Origin: Somniosus microcephalus
Lineage: Eukaryota
Direction: 5' to 3'
NCBI GenBank assembly: GCA_052327205.1
Contig: CM126226.1
Location: 56,420,001-56,484,000, forward strand
DNA: 64,000 bases
The position numbers and the translations under genes were made by a program. Shown piece after piece: positions 1-11,966 of this stretch. Within the stretch, counting starts at the first letter, position 1. Every line of letters starts with the position of its first letter. The notes under the pieces are model-generated. The model saw nothing but the letters and a program-made list of their open reading frames with translations, was not told where the DNA came from and did not search any database.

Positions 1-648
1 TTTCCAGCCTTCTGCCTACTACCCTTTTTAAATAAGGGTGTTACATTAGCAGTTTTCCAATCTGCCGGGACCTTTGCTGAGTCCAGTGAGTTTTGGAAAA
101 TTATTACCAATGCATCCACAATCCCTACCGCTACTTCCCTCAAGACCCTAGGATGCAAGCCATCAGGTCCAGGGGATTTATCCGCCTTGAGTCCCATTAT
201 TTTACCAAGTACCACTTCCTTAGTGATTTTAATCGTATTTAGTTCCTCCCCCCCTAGAGCCCCCTGTTTGTCCAGTGTTGGGATATTCTTAGTGTCCTCT
301 ACTGTAAAGACTGATACAAAATAATTGTTCAGTGTTTTTGCCATCTCCATGTTTCCCACCATTAATTTCCCAGTCTCATCCTCTAAGGGACCAACATTTA
401 CTTTAGCCACCCTTTTTCTTTTTATATAACTATAGAAACTTTTACTGTCTGTTTTTATATTTTTTGCTAATTTACTTTCATAATCTATCTTCCCTTTCTT
501 AATCAGTCTTTTAGTTATTTTTTGCTGTCTTTTAAAGACTTCCCAATCTTCCATCCTCCCACTAGATTTGGCTACCTTATATGCCCTTGTTTTTAGTCGG
601 ATACTATCCTTAGTTACTTTACTTAGCCACGGATGGCTATCTTTTCTT

Positions 649-1639
649 TTACACCCTTTTTTCCTCAGTGGAATATTTTTTTTTTGGGAAGTTGTAAAAT
701 AACTCCTTAAATGTGCACCACTGATCATGTACCGTCTTACCCTTTAATCTATTTTCCCAGTCCACTCTAATCAATTCCGCTCTCATACCTTCATAGTCTC
801 CTTTATTCAAGCTCAGCACGCTTGTTTGAGATCCAACCTTCTCACCCTCTAATTGAATATGGAACTCAACCATGTTATGGTCACTCATTCCAAGGGGATC
901 CTTTACTAGGACATTTTTAATGAATCCTGTCTCATTACACAGGACCAAATCTAAGGTTGCTTGCCCCCTGGTCGGTTCAGTTACATACTGCTCAAGAAAC
1001 CCATCCCTAATACACTCAATGAACTCATCCTCAAGGCTGCTCTGCCCAATTTGATTTGTCCAGTTAATATGATAATTAAAATCCCCCATAATTATAGCTG
1101 TTCCCTTATTACAAGCCTCAACTATTTCCTGATTAATACTCCGTCCAACAGAGTTGCAACTGTTCAGAGGCCTATAGACTACACCCACTAGTGTTTTCTT
1201 CCCCTTATTATTCCTTATCTCCACCCAAACTGTTTCACTATCCTGCTCCTTTGACCCAATATCATTTCTCTGTATTAGTGATTCCTTCCTTTACCAACAT
1301 AGCCACCCCACCTCCTCTCCCTTCCTGCCTGTCCTTCCTGATTGTTAAATAACCTGGTATGTTTAATTCCCAGTCATGGTCACCCTGCAGCCATGTTTCT
1401 GTAATGGCCACAAGATCATACCCATATGTCGTTATTTGTGCCGTTAACTCATTCATTTTGTTACGAATGCTACGTGCATTCAGATAAAGAACTTTCAAAT
1501 ATGTTTTGTAACACTTAGTTCCTGTTTTTTCCCCTTTTAGTACTTTACTTTTTACTCCATACCTTCTGTCCCTTCCTGACACATTCTGTTTTTTAATTCC
1601 CCCACTGCTACCTAAGTCAATGACCTTCTCTGTTGTCAT
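649..1639 (-). pseudogene. CR1 ORF2 AP-endonuclease domain, frameshifted
   Basis: Canonical APE motifs are spread across two reading frames. Confidence 0.88.
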
Positions 1640-1677
1640 TTCTATTATTTGCTCTCTAGAAACCTCCCCCCCACTAA

Positions 1678-2589
1678 TTAGTTTAAAGCCCTCTCTACAG
1701 CCCTAGTTATATGATTTGCCAGGACTCTAGTCCCAGCACTGGCCAAGTGGAGTCCGCCCCAATGGAACAGCTCCCTTCTGTCCCAGTATTGGTGCCAGTG
1801 TCCCAAGAAGCAAAACCCATTTCTCCCACACCAGTCTTTGAGCCACGCATTTAACTCTTTAATTTTATTTATCCTAGCCATATTCGCTCGTGGCTCAGGT
1901 AATAACCCAGAAATTATTACCCTTGAGGTTCTGTTTTTTAATTTGACCCCTAGCTGCTCATACTCCTTTAACAGAACCGTCTTCCTTGTCCTATCTACGT
2001 CATTTGTACCAACATGGACCACGACAACTGGATCCTCCCCCTCCCACTCCAAGTTTCTTTCCAGCCCAGAAGAGATGTCCTTAACCCTCGCACCGGGCAG
2101 GCAACACAGCCTTCGGGACTCCCGCTCTTGACTGCAGAGAACCCTATCTATCCCCCTAATGATAATATCCCCTACCAGTACAACATTTCTTTTTGCTCCC
2201 TCCATTTGAATGGCCCCCTGTACCATGGTGCTGTGGCCAGGTTGCTCATCCTCCCTGCAGTCCCCGCTCCCGCCCTCACAGGGAGTAAGAACCTCGATCC
2301 TGCTGGACAAGAACAAGGGCTGCGTCTCCTTCAACACTACATCCTGGATCCCTGTACCTTCCTCACTCGTAGTCACACCATCCTGTCCCTGACCACGGAC
2401 TACATCTGCAGTAATTAACTTCATAGGTGTGACCATCTCCTGAAACATAGAGTCCAGGAACTTCTCCCCCTCCCTGATGTGTCGCAGTGTCTGAAGCTCG
2501 GTCTCAAGCTCCATAACATGGAACTTGAGTTCCTCTAGCAGCAAACACTTGTTGCAGATGTAATCACCGTGAGCCTCAATGGGGACCAC
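1678..2589 (-). pseudogene. CR1 ORF1p (zinc knuckle, coiled coil, SGNH esterase-like domain), decayed
   Basis: CNKC motif, coiled coil and esterase blocks are present. GDS reads GDI, DxxH reads GGLH, and there is an in-frame stop just upstream. Confidence 0.85.
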
Positions 2590-3334
2590 CGGCTCTCACA
2601 TCTCGCAACAGTAACACATCACCTGCTCTATTCTATATAATTAATTAAATTTCTTATTATTAGTTATGAAGACCCTGCCCGGATATAGATGATAATGTCA
2701 CACCACTATTCAAAGGACTTACCAACTTAAAGGTATAAAAGAGAAGAGAAGGAAGAAAACCAACCAACCAGCTGATCACCAACCTTCTCCTTGAATGCTG
2801 TCTGTGGGGCCTGTTTGGTTGACTCGTCTCACTGCTCCGCCTCCGCAGTGTTGTCCAAGCCTGGGAGTGGGGAACAAAACAGAGCAAAAAACACACCCTC
2901 ACCTCCCACTTATCCGAATTCTCCCACTTAGCAAAACTCCAGCACCACTCAATGCACAAAGCACACTGTGCACTGCACTAGCCCCTCCCCTTTTATACCC
3001 AGATTCTACTTCCGGTTTAAACTGCCCTTAAAAAATTAAACTTACTTCAAATAATTGATTTCTTAACACTAAAATTCACAAAATACACTTAAATGATTTT
3101 TCTCCCACTTAGCAAAACTCCAGCACCACTCAACTGCTAGCCATCCAGCAACATGGTCGTTACTGGGATTATTGATGTGGTATTCCTGTGAGGAAAATAA
3201 GTCATCTAAAGTTTTCTTGTTTTAGGTTTTCAAAGGTTTTCAAACAAATACATATTTTGTGAAGCAATTGTGCACTTCAATTGCATCATGCTTGTGGGAG
3301 AGTTAGGCTGTTGGCATGATTCCTCAAACTGCCT

Positions 3335-3732
3335 AACGCATTACCGGCTACCGACCATAGAGCACATATACCAGAAACGCTGTCTACGGAGGTCATGGTC
3401 CATCATCAAAGACCCTACCCACCCCAGCCACAGTCTGTTTGCCCTCCTGCCATCTGGGAGACGCTACAGATGCATTCGCACCCGTACGCCCAGATTTAGG
3501 AACAGCTTCTTTCCCAGGACTGAACTCCACAAATAAACTCTAAAGCCTGCACATCTGCCAATGCACTTTATTATGGTTATGTTTATGTTAATATACTACA
3601 AGCCAAATGTATGTTGAATGTTTAAATGTCTTAATCCAAATGTACACTCTCGGGAGCCGCAAGCCTACATTTCGTTGTACTGCACTTGTGCACTAACAAT
3701 GACAATAAAAGTTGATTTGATTTGATTTGATA
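3335..3732 (+). mobile_element. Rex1/Babar-type LINE 3' fragment
   Basis: Translates to IIKDPTHPSHSLFALLPSGRRYRCIRTRTPRFRNSFFP, a Rex-type RT C-terminus, followed by AATAAA and a (GATTT)n tail. Confidence 0.8.
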
Positions 3733-3736
3733 TAAA

Positions 3737-4152
3737 ATTCTTAGAGGGCTTGACAGGGTAGACGCTGAGAGGTTGTTTCCTGGGGCTGGGGAGTCTAGAA
3801 TTAGGGGTCACAGTCTCTGGATAAGGGGTCAGCCATTTAGGACTGAGATGAGGAGGATTTTTTTCACTCGGTGGGTTGTGAATCTTTGGCATTCTCTACC
3901 CCAGAGGGCTGTGGATGCCGAGTCATTGAGTATATTCAAGATTGAGATCGATCGATTCTTGGGCACTAAGGAAACCAAGCAATATGGGGATTGGGCGGGA
4001 AAGTGGAGTTGAGGTGGAAGATCAGCCATGATCTTATTGAATGGCAGAGCAGGCTCGAAGGGCCGTGTGGCGGAGCAGGCTCGAGGGGCTGTGTGGCGGA
4101 GCAGGCTTGAGGGGCCGAATGGCCAACTCCTGCTCCTAATTCTTATGTTCTT
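3737..4152 (+). mobile_element. CR1 LINE 3' fragment
   Basis: Encodes ESRIRGHSL...FRTEMRR..FTRWVVNLW and ends in a TTCTTATGTTCTTA tail. A 26-bp 3'UTR unit is triplicated. Confidence 0.9.
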
Positions 4153-5802
4153 ACACTGGGAGCAATGCATATTTAAGAACAGAGGAAATTAATTTTAAGC
4201 TTGATCTACTGGGGATTGGTTGGACTATGGAAAATAAAAATTCCTGACTAAAATAGCTAGTGTCCTGTTGGTTGGGGTTGCTGCCCTTTCCTGGCTTCGG
4301 AGGAAGTCTCCATTGTTGGCCTATTTCCCTCCCCCAGTGATCTGCTTTCTCCTCCTGGGGAGTGATTCGGATTTTAGGGGAGAGCTTGTGTTGAGTGAAC
4401 TATCAGGAATGGGTCCTGGTATTTCCCCAGTTCCATTCCAGGCTTAGGCTGACTATCATTGGATTTGCTTGAGCAGAGTCTGGTAGGTGCTTTAACTGCA
4501 GGTTGTGATGAGGGCTGTGCTTCACCACTAAGGAGGTGCAACAAGTAGTAAGTGTTGTATTAACCTGGGGGTCGGAGGGTGCGGGAGAACCCCCGCTCTC
4601 CGGTGCATAAACCTAGCAGGCATGATGCTGGGGCCAAAAGTATTGCAATGCAAGTCACGTGTTTGTGGCTTCCCAGTTGAATATGGAGGCATGATAAGAA
4701 TGTGTGTCGGAGAGTGCCTTTCCAGCCATAGATGTCCTGCTGGTAACATTTTATTACAACAAGGTTAGGTGGTATAATCTAACAATCAATATAATTATGT
4801 ATTATAAAGGATATTAAGTGACTTCAATGAGTTCATGGTAAATGGGTTTCTCTTTTATTGGATCACCAAAACTGATGGAATCTATTGTTATACGACCATC
4901 TATAGAATAAGGCAATAGTATAACTTTCCAAAACCTTCCAATATTACATGAAATGGTTGGAGGCCTTTACTGAAACACAAACTGGTTTAGTGCAGCATAA
5001 ATGCTCACTAAGTAAATAGGCCCACCTCTGAATGCCTGTTAACTGTTGAATTAATAACCTCATCAAAACAAAACTCCATGTTAAATGCAGGCAAGTGTTT
5101 CTGCGTTCTTCAGTACTGAGAGCTCCTGTTTCCCAAATTAGTTAAAGTTCAAACCCAATTATTTTTGTTAAGAATCAGAATGCTTCACTGATTCTCATTG
5201 CTTTAGGGATTGTTTTTTGATACAATGGCAAACAGAATGCTATACCTGGATAAACATGACAGTTCTGTCCTTTCAGACATTTCGAAAATAAGTGAGGCGA
5301 AAACATCAAAATTTACTTAGAGTATGAAATAAATCTTCCAGAAATAATCTCTGTAGATTTTCTTGTTTCCTAAATGTTGAAAGAACATTTTGTTAAAGTG
5401 TGAATAAGTGGTTCCTTTTGTTAAGACAAGTAATGTATAGCTGGCAAAACCAGCTTCTGTATAAATAAAGATTACATTCACAATATATTCATTCTTTTGA
5501 ATTCTGTTTCATGAATTCCCTTCAAATGAATAGCAGCCTTTCTTTCTGATTGAATGCCACACTGCACGTAACAAGAGATGAGAATTTGGGTTAACTTCCA
5601 CCTCACTTTCTAACAGGTAAGAAATTCTGGCAGAAACACGTGAAGCTCTGACAAGAGGGGCAGGTTCTACCTCTGCAACTTACTCTCACTGAAGTCATTC
5701 TACAAGGTCCTGAATAAGTTGTACTTATTCTAAGGAGCACAGCTGCCTTTCTGAGCTGCACAACTGGTTGAAACCCATCTGCTAAATGCAAGGTCATCCT
5801 TT

Positions 5803-6628
5803 TTATCATATTTTTGGGATGTGGGCATCGCTGGCAAGGCCAGCATTTATTGCCCATCCCTAGTTGTCCTTGAGAAGGTGGTGGTGAGCCGCCTTCTTGA
5901 ACCGCTGCAGTCCGTGTGGTGAAGGTGCTCCCACAGTGCTGTTGGGGAGGGATTTCCAGGATTTTGACCCAGTGACAATGAAGGATCGGCGATATAATTC
6001 TAAGTCAGGATGTTGTGTGACTTGGAGGGGAACTTGGAGGTGGTGGTGTTCCCATGCAGCTGCTGCCCTTGTTCTTCTAGGTGGAAGAGGTCACGGGTTT
6101 GGGAGGTGCTGTTGAAGAAGCCTTGGCGAGTTGCTGCAGTGCATCTTGTAGATGGTACACACTGCAGCCACAGTACGCCGGTGGTGGAGGGAGTGAATGT
6201 TTAAGGTGGTGGATGGGGTGCCAATCAAACGGGCTGCTTTGTCCTGGATGGTGTCGAGCTTCTTGAGTGTTGTTGGAGCTGCACTCATCCAGACAAGTGG
6301 AGAGTATTCCATCACACTCCTTACTTTGCCTTGTAGATGGTGGAAAGGCTTTGGGGAGTCAGGAGGTGAGACACTCGCTGCAGAATACCTAGCCTCTGAC
6401 CTGCTCTTGTTGCCACAGTATTTATGTGGCTGGATGTTAAGTTTCTGGTTAATGGTGACCCCCAGGATGTTGATGGTGGGGGATTCAGTGATGGTAATAC
6501 CGTTGAATGTCAAGGGGAGGTGGTTAGACTCTCGCTTGTTGGAGATAATCATTGCCTGGCACTTCTGTGGTGTGAATGTTACCTGCCACTTACCAGCCCA
6601 AGCCTGAATGTCATCCAGATCTTGTTGC
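5803..6628 (-). mobile_element. CR1-clade LINE (second family), 3' fragment
   Basis: RT C-terminus MQQDLDDIQAWAGKWQVTF...SLHHRRTVAAVCTIYKMH. The 3'UTR ends AATAAATGCTGGCCTTGCCAGCGATGCCCACATCCC. Confidence 0.88.
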
Positions 6629-6849
6629 ATGCACCTCTCCACCAGGTTATCAAGGGTTGGGTAGATGTAACACTGACATGAGATCCACCAACTCTCATTC
6701 CAGCAATGTACCACACCACTATCACAAAGCAATCTATCATCCCACCGACATCATTGTTATGAAGCTATTTCCCACTAGACTGCTAGGAACCAGATGAATG
6801 CAGAAGTATCCTGTGATCACATATCCTATCCAACAACAAATGACATTTA

Positions 6850-7390
6850 AAAATCTTCTTTCATAAATAAAAACATCTAAAAGCATCCCAAGGTGCTGAG
6901 CCAAAAAAAGCCGATATGAGAAGGGAGACTAAAGGCTTGGTCAAAGAGGCGGGTTTTAAGGGGGGGGTCTTAAAAGAGAAGAAGGAAAAGGCAAAGAGGT
7001 TGAGAGAGGGGATTCCAGAGCATAGGGCCTAGATGGCTGAAGGTACGATTGCCAATGATAGAGCAAAGGGAGGGAGGGATGCACAAGAGGCCAAAGTCAG
7101 AGGCATGCAGACTTCTCAGAGGGTTGTAGGGCTGGAGAAGGTTACAGAAATAAGGAGAAGCAAGGCTGTGAAGTGTTTCAATGTGAGGATGAGAATTTTA
7201 AATTTAACGCATTGGGGAACCAGCAGCCAAAGTAGGTCAGTGAGCACAGGGGTGATGAGTGAATGGGATTTGGTGTGGGATTGGATACAGGCAACAGTGT
7301 TTTGAGGAGCTGAAGCTTGTGAAGGATGGAGGACAGGAGGCTGGCCAAGGGAGTATGGAATAGTCAAGTCTAGAGGTCCAAGAAACTATC
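6850..7390 (-). mobile_element. L2 LINE 3' fragment, degraded
   Basis: ITPVLTDLLWLLVPQCVKFKILILT resembles the L2 HITPVL..LHWLPV..RI.FKILLL motif. Confidence 0.7.
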
Positions 7391-7410
7391 TGATCGTAGA
7401 TGGATGCACC

Positions 7411-7850
7411 ATAAGAATATAAGAACATAAGAATTAGGAGCAGGAGTAGACCATACGACCCCTCGAGCCTGCTCCGCCATTCAATAAGATCATGGCTGAT
7501 CTTCAACCTCAACTCCACTTTCCCGCCCAATCTCCATATCCCTTGATTCCCCTAGAGTCCAAAAATCTATCGATCTCAGCCTTGAATATACTCAACGATT
7601 CAGCATCCACAGCCCTCTGGGGCAGAGAATTCCAAAGATTCACCACCCTCTGAGTGAAGAAATTCCTTCTCATCTCAGTCTTAAATGGCCGACCCCTTAT
7701 CCTGAGACTGTGACCCCTGGTTCTAGACTCTCCAGCCAGGGGGAAACAACCTCTCAGCATCTACCCTGTCAATCCCCCTCAGAATCTTGCATGTTTCAAT
7801 GAGATCACCTCTCATTCTTCTAAACTCCAGAGAGTTAGGCCCATTCTGCT
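7411..7850 (-). mobile_element. CR1 LINE 3' fragment
   Basis: Encodes ESRTRGHSLRIRGRPFKTEMRRNFFTQRVVNLWNSLPQ and has an 8-nt repeat tail. Confidence 0.9.
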
Positions 7851-8019
7851 TAATATCACAGGTTGACCACAACGCTTGTTACCAGAGTACAAGGGATTGG
7901 ATTGATAGACAAGTATCACAAGATCACATACCTCTTTTATGAGTGAGCTAAGGTGGATTGTATATGCTTACCAGTGCCAAGAAGCCACATACCTCACTCA
8001 GAATCAGCTAAATGCACCA

Positions 8020-8450
8020 TTGAAAGAAAGACTTCCATTTATATAGCAACTTACCACATCTTTCAAAAGTGTATCAAAACTCCTCACCATACAATGGACG
8101 ACTTTGAATTGGTTTAGTCTGTGGGGAAACACAGCAGCTATTTTTCAAGAGCCCACAAACAGCAAATGGGACAACCAGCTAATCTGTTTTTGTGGTGTTA
8201 CTTGAAGGAGGAATGTCCGTCAAATAATGCCTTTGGATCTTTAACATCATTCGGAACAGACAGGACGTTGGGTTAATGTTTCATCCAAAGGACAATACCT
8301 CCGACATCGCAGCACTCCCTCTGTACGGCATTGCAGCGCTCACTCTGTACGGCGCCGCAGCGCTCCCTCTGTACGGCCAGTTCAGACAATGTGCTCAGGT
8401 GTTGGAATTGAGGTTGAACCCAAAATTTGTTGAATCCGAAGTGAGAGTGT
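8020..8450 (-). mobile_element. Diverged DeuSINE-type SINE
   Basis: Degenerate match to the intact SINE copies in this window. Confidence 0.6.
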
Positions 8451-8499
8451 CAACAAACAAATCCCTTCACTCGATCATCAGTTGCCAGGTTCTTTGTTG

Positions 8500-9452
8500 A
8501 AACATGTAAGATTCTGAGGGGGATTGACAGGGTAGATGCAGAGAGGCTGTTTCCCACTGGCTGGAGAGTCTAGAACCAGGGGTCACAGTCTCAGGATAAG
8601 GGGTCGGACATTTAGGACTGCAATGAGGAGAAATTTCTTCACTCAGAGGGGGTGAATCTTTGGAATTCTCTGCCCCAGGGGGCTGTGGATGCTGAGTCGT
8701 TGAGTATATTAAAGAAAGAAAGAAAAACTTGCATTTATATAGCGCCTTTCACGACCACCAGACATCTCAAAGCACTTTACAGTCAATGAAGTACTTTTGA
8801 AGTGTAGCCACTGTTGTAATGTGGGAAACGCAGCAACCAATCTGTGTACAGCAAGCTCCCACAAACAGCAACGTGATAATGACCAGATTATCTGTTTTAG
8901 TGATGTTGGTTGAGGGATAAATATTGGCCAAGACACCAGGGAGATCTCCCCTACTCTTCTTCCATATAGTGCCATGGGGTCTTTTACGTCCACTTGAGGG
9001 AGCAGATGGGGCCTCGGTTTAACGTCTCGTCCGAAAGACGGCACCTCCGACAGTGCAGCACTCCCTCAGCACTGCACTGGAGTGTCAGCCTAGCTTTATG
9101 TACTCGAGTCCCTGGAGTGAGACTTGAACCCATGACCTTCTGACTCCGAGGCGAGAGAGTGCTGCCCACTGAGCCACAGCTGACAAGACTGAGCTAGATT
9201 GATTTTTGGACTCATGGGGAATCAAGGGATATGGGGATCGGGTGGGAAAGTGGAGATGAGGTCGAAGATCAGCCATGATCTTATTGAATGGCGAAGCAGG
9301 CTCGAGGGGCCGTGTGGTGGAGCAGGCTCGAGGGGCCATGTGGCAGAGCAGGCTCGAGGGGCCGTGTGGCGGAGCAGGCTCGAGGGGCCGTGCGGAGGAG
9401 CAGGCTCAAGGGGCCGAATGGCCGATTCCTGTTCCTAATTCTTATGTTCTTG
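8500..9452 (+). mobile_element. CR1 3' fragment interrupted by a SINE
   Basis: CR1 sequence at 8500-8708 resumes at about 9186. A 26-bp 3'UTR unit is repeated about 5 times. Confidence 0.85.
8710..9185 (-). mobile_element. tRNA-derived DeuSINE (SacSINE1/AmnSINE1-like), full length
   Basis: tRNA-like head with A box (TGGCTCAGTGG) and B box (GGTTCAAGTC), Deu core, and a (CTTT)n tail. Confidence 0.88.
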
Positions 9453-9457
9453 TTAAA

Positions 9458-9890
9458 TAAGAAAGAACTTATATTTCTATAGCGCCTTTGTTGACCTTAG
9501 GACATCCCAAAGTACTTCATATTCAATAAATTACTTTTAAGTTGAGTCACCATTGTTATGTAGGTAAATGGAGCTGCCATATTGTGCACAGCAAGGTCCC
9601 ATAAACAGCAATCAGATAAATGACCAGTTAATCTGTTTTTAGTGCTGTTGGTTGAGGGATGAATGTTGGTCAAGAATCCAGGAGAACTTCTTGCTCTTTG
9701 AAAAGGCGCAAACAATCTTTTACATTTACTTGAACAGGCAGGCAGCCTTGGTTTAATGTCTCACTTGAAAGACGGCACCTCTGACAATGCAGCACTCCCC
9801 AGTGCTGTACTAAGGTGTCAATCTTAGTTTTAAGTGGCGATTGAACTCAGAACTGTTGGATTCAGAGGTGAGAATACTGAGCCAAACTGC
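9458..9890 (-). mobile_element. Diverged DeuSINE-type SINE
   Basis: Collinear similarity to the copy at 8710-9185. Confidence 0.7.
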
Positions 9891-10336
9891 CATTTACTTG
9901 CTTGTCATTTGTTGTTGTTAGGAGAGCCGAGAAACTTATGATAGGATGGAAAATGATGCATTTTGTCCCAGTGTAGAGGCAGCATCTTTTTTATAGAGAA
10001 ACTCAAAGTGTGGGAATGTGTCCACATTCAGGGATTCATAAAATAATGCATTGATCTAATTCAAGACATTTTGGGTTATAACATAAATGTATTCCAACTT
10101 ATAATTATACCGAGCCTGTCACATCCCAGGGCAGTGTGCAGGAGTAGCAGTGGTCATTGAGCAGGCAGTAGAGGAGAATATTAAACGAGGTGACCAATAG
10201 CACGGTCAAACAGTCAGATTTAAGGAGGCATTTGAAGGTGAGAAAGAGTCAGCAGGGGATAAGTTTAGGAAGAGAATTCCAGAACGCAGGGGCCTGGTGG
10301 TTGGCGGCTTTGCCGCCAGCTGTGGAGCTGACAATA

Positions 10337-10761
10337 CAGGTAGACTATCCTTTATCCGAAAACCTTGGGACCAGCCGAGTTTCGGATAAAGGAGAATTTC
10401 GGATTTCGGAAGGTGGGTCGGCGGGGGTCGGCGGGGGTCCGCGCGCACGACTTACGCTGACGCTCAGCGTAAGGTCGGCGGGGTCCGCGGGGGGGTCGGC
10501 GGGGGTCCGCGCGCACGACTTACGCTGACGCTCAGCGTAAGGTCGGCGGGGTCCGCGGGGGGGGTCGGTGGTTGTCGGGGCCGCCGGGGTCCGCGGGGGG
10601 GTCGGGCGCACGACTTACCCTTTATCCGAACTTCCGAAACCGGAACCCTCTAAAAACCGAAGGTTTTTTCGTTCGTACGCACGACTTACGCTGAACGAAA
10701 AAACCTTCGGTTTTTAGAGGGTTTCGGTTTTCGGAAGTCCGGATAAAGGGTAGTCTACCTG
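10337..10761. mobile_element. Tc1/mariner(pogo)-type MITE
   Basis: 22-bp TIR CAGGTAGACTA(T/C)CCTTTATCCG with one mismatch, TA duplicated on both sides, and internal palindromes. Confidence 0.9.
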
Positions 10762-11219
10762 TACAATCTTTGGAGCGCATATTCTGCTGCACGTCAGGCG
10801 CTGTCTCCCAGCATTATGGGATGCTGAATCTCCAGGGTCTTTTCCTCGTTGGGAGTCGAGGGTAACAGCTTAGGCAGCCCCCTCTGCTGGCAATACTGCT
10901 GCCTGCTTCCTCAAGCAGATAGAATGTGTTGGAATAAGAGGGAATATGTGTGTGACCCAAGTACCCAGACCGCATGTGTGTCGGTGTATGTGTGAGAGAG
11001 AGCGGGGTGTATGAGCGGGGTGTGTGAGAGAGAGAGCGGGGTGTATGAGCGGGGTGTGTGTCTGTGTATGTGTGAGAGAGACAGCAGTGTGTGTAAGCGG
11101 GGTGTGTGTGAGAGGACAATCGAGAACCAGTTGATTTTTACAACAGCTTCATGCAGTCAGCTTTTTCTTTCCAGTTATTTAAAAAAAACTAAATTTAAGT
11201 CCTCAAAACTGCCACATTC

Positions 11220-11384
11220 TCTGGATTACTGGTCCTGGGCCCTGGATTACTGGTCCTGGCCCCTGGATTACTGGTCCTGGGCCCTGGATTACTGGTCCTG
11301 GGCCCTGGATTACTGGTCCTGGGCCCTGGATTACTGGTCCTGGTCACTGGATCACTGGTCCTGGTCACTGGATTACTGGTCCAG
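11220..11384. repeat. 21-bp minisatellite (CTGGATTACTGGTCCTGGGCC), about 8 copies
   Basis: Directly visible tandem repeat. Confidence 0.95.
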
Positions 11385-11966
11385 TAACATAACCACTCCG
11401 CTACCAGCCCATTCCCCTTCCAGGGTGATTGGCAGCCCTTTCAGGGTCACAGGTACTGAATATTTCACTCCCTCACCCCTGTGCACGCCCAGCACATCGT
11501 GTATTAGGCACCACAAATTCATTGAAGTGAGCTGACCCTGCTTAATACTCCAGGTCAGCTCAGTGTGCTAAAGCTGAGCTCAGCACCCAGGCAGCGCGAA
11601 ACCCCATTGTCCCCAACGATCTATTGGCTGCAAAATGGAACGGTAATTTGGGGCATCTGGAACAAATGCGTTTAATTCGACACAAAGATATTTCCACAGA
11701 TGGGGTAAACACTCAGAAACACATCATCATTCTCAATACTGCCATCCCATGGAACAAGAAAGCGTAGGAGTGTCTTTGTGTACCTTTGTCCATGCACAAA
11801 GTTTACAGTTCCTGGGTCTTTGTCATGTTTATATCTTTCAGCCACACTATGATCAGTACATCATGCAGGAACATTTTTATTCATTGCAAAGCTCTTTGTG
11901 AAAGGAATTTCAGGTTTTTGTTTTCTTATTTTTGCAGCATCAGAAAAACTGAAACCTGTTCAGGGA

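Larger units (their letters stand above)
1..3135 (-). mobile_element. CR1 LINE, 5' part (5'UTR, ORF1, start of ORF2); runs off the window start
   Basis: ORF1 at 1678-2589 has a Cys knuckle and SGNH-esterase motifs (VGDIIIRG, HVGTND). ORF2 APE endonuclease motifs (YLNARSIRNK, AITETWL, MGDFN, SDHNMV) are split by frameshifts over 1262-1639 and 649-1224. A 34-bp direct repeat lies in the 5'UTR (2919-2952 and 3100-3133). Confidence 0.93.

Noticed and set aside
11011-11535. ORF with a (LDYWSWA)n repeat
   Set aside because: Translation of a 21-bp minisatellite and GT/GA microsatellite.
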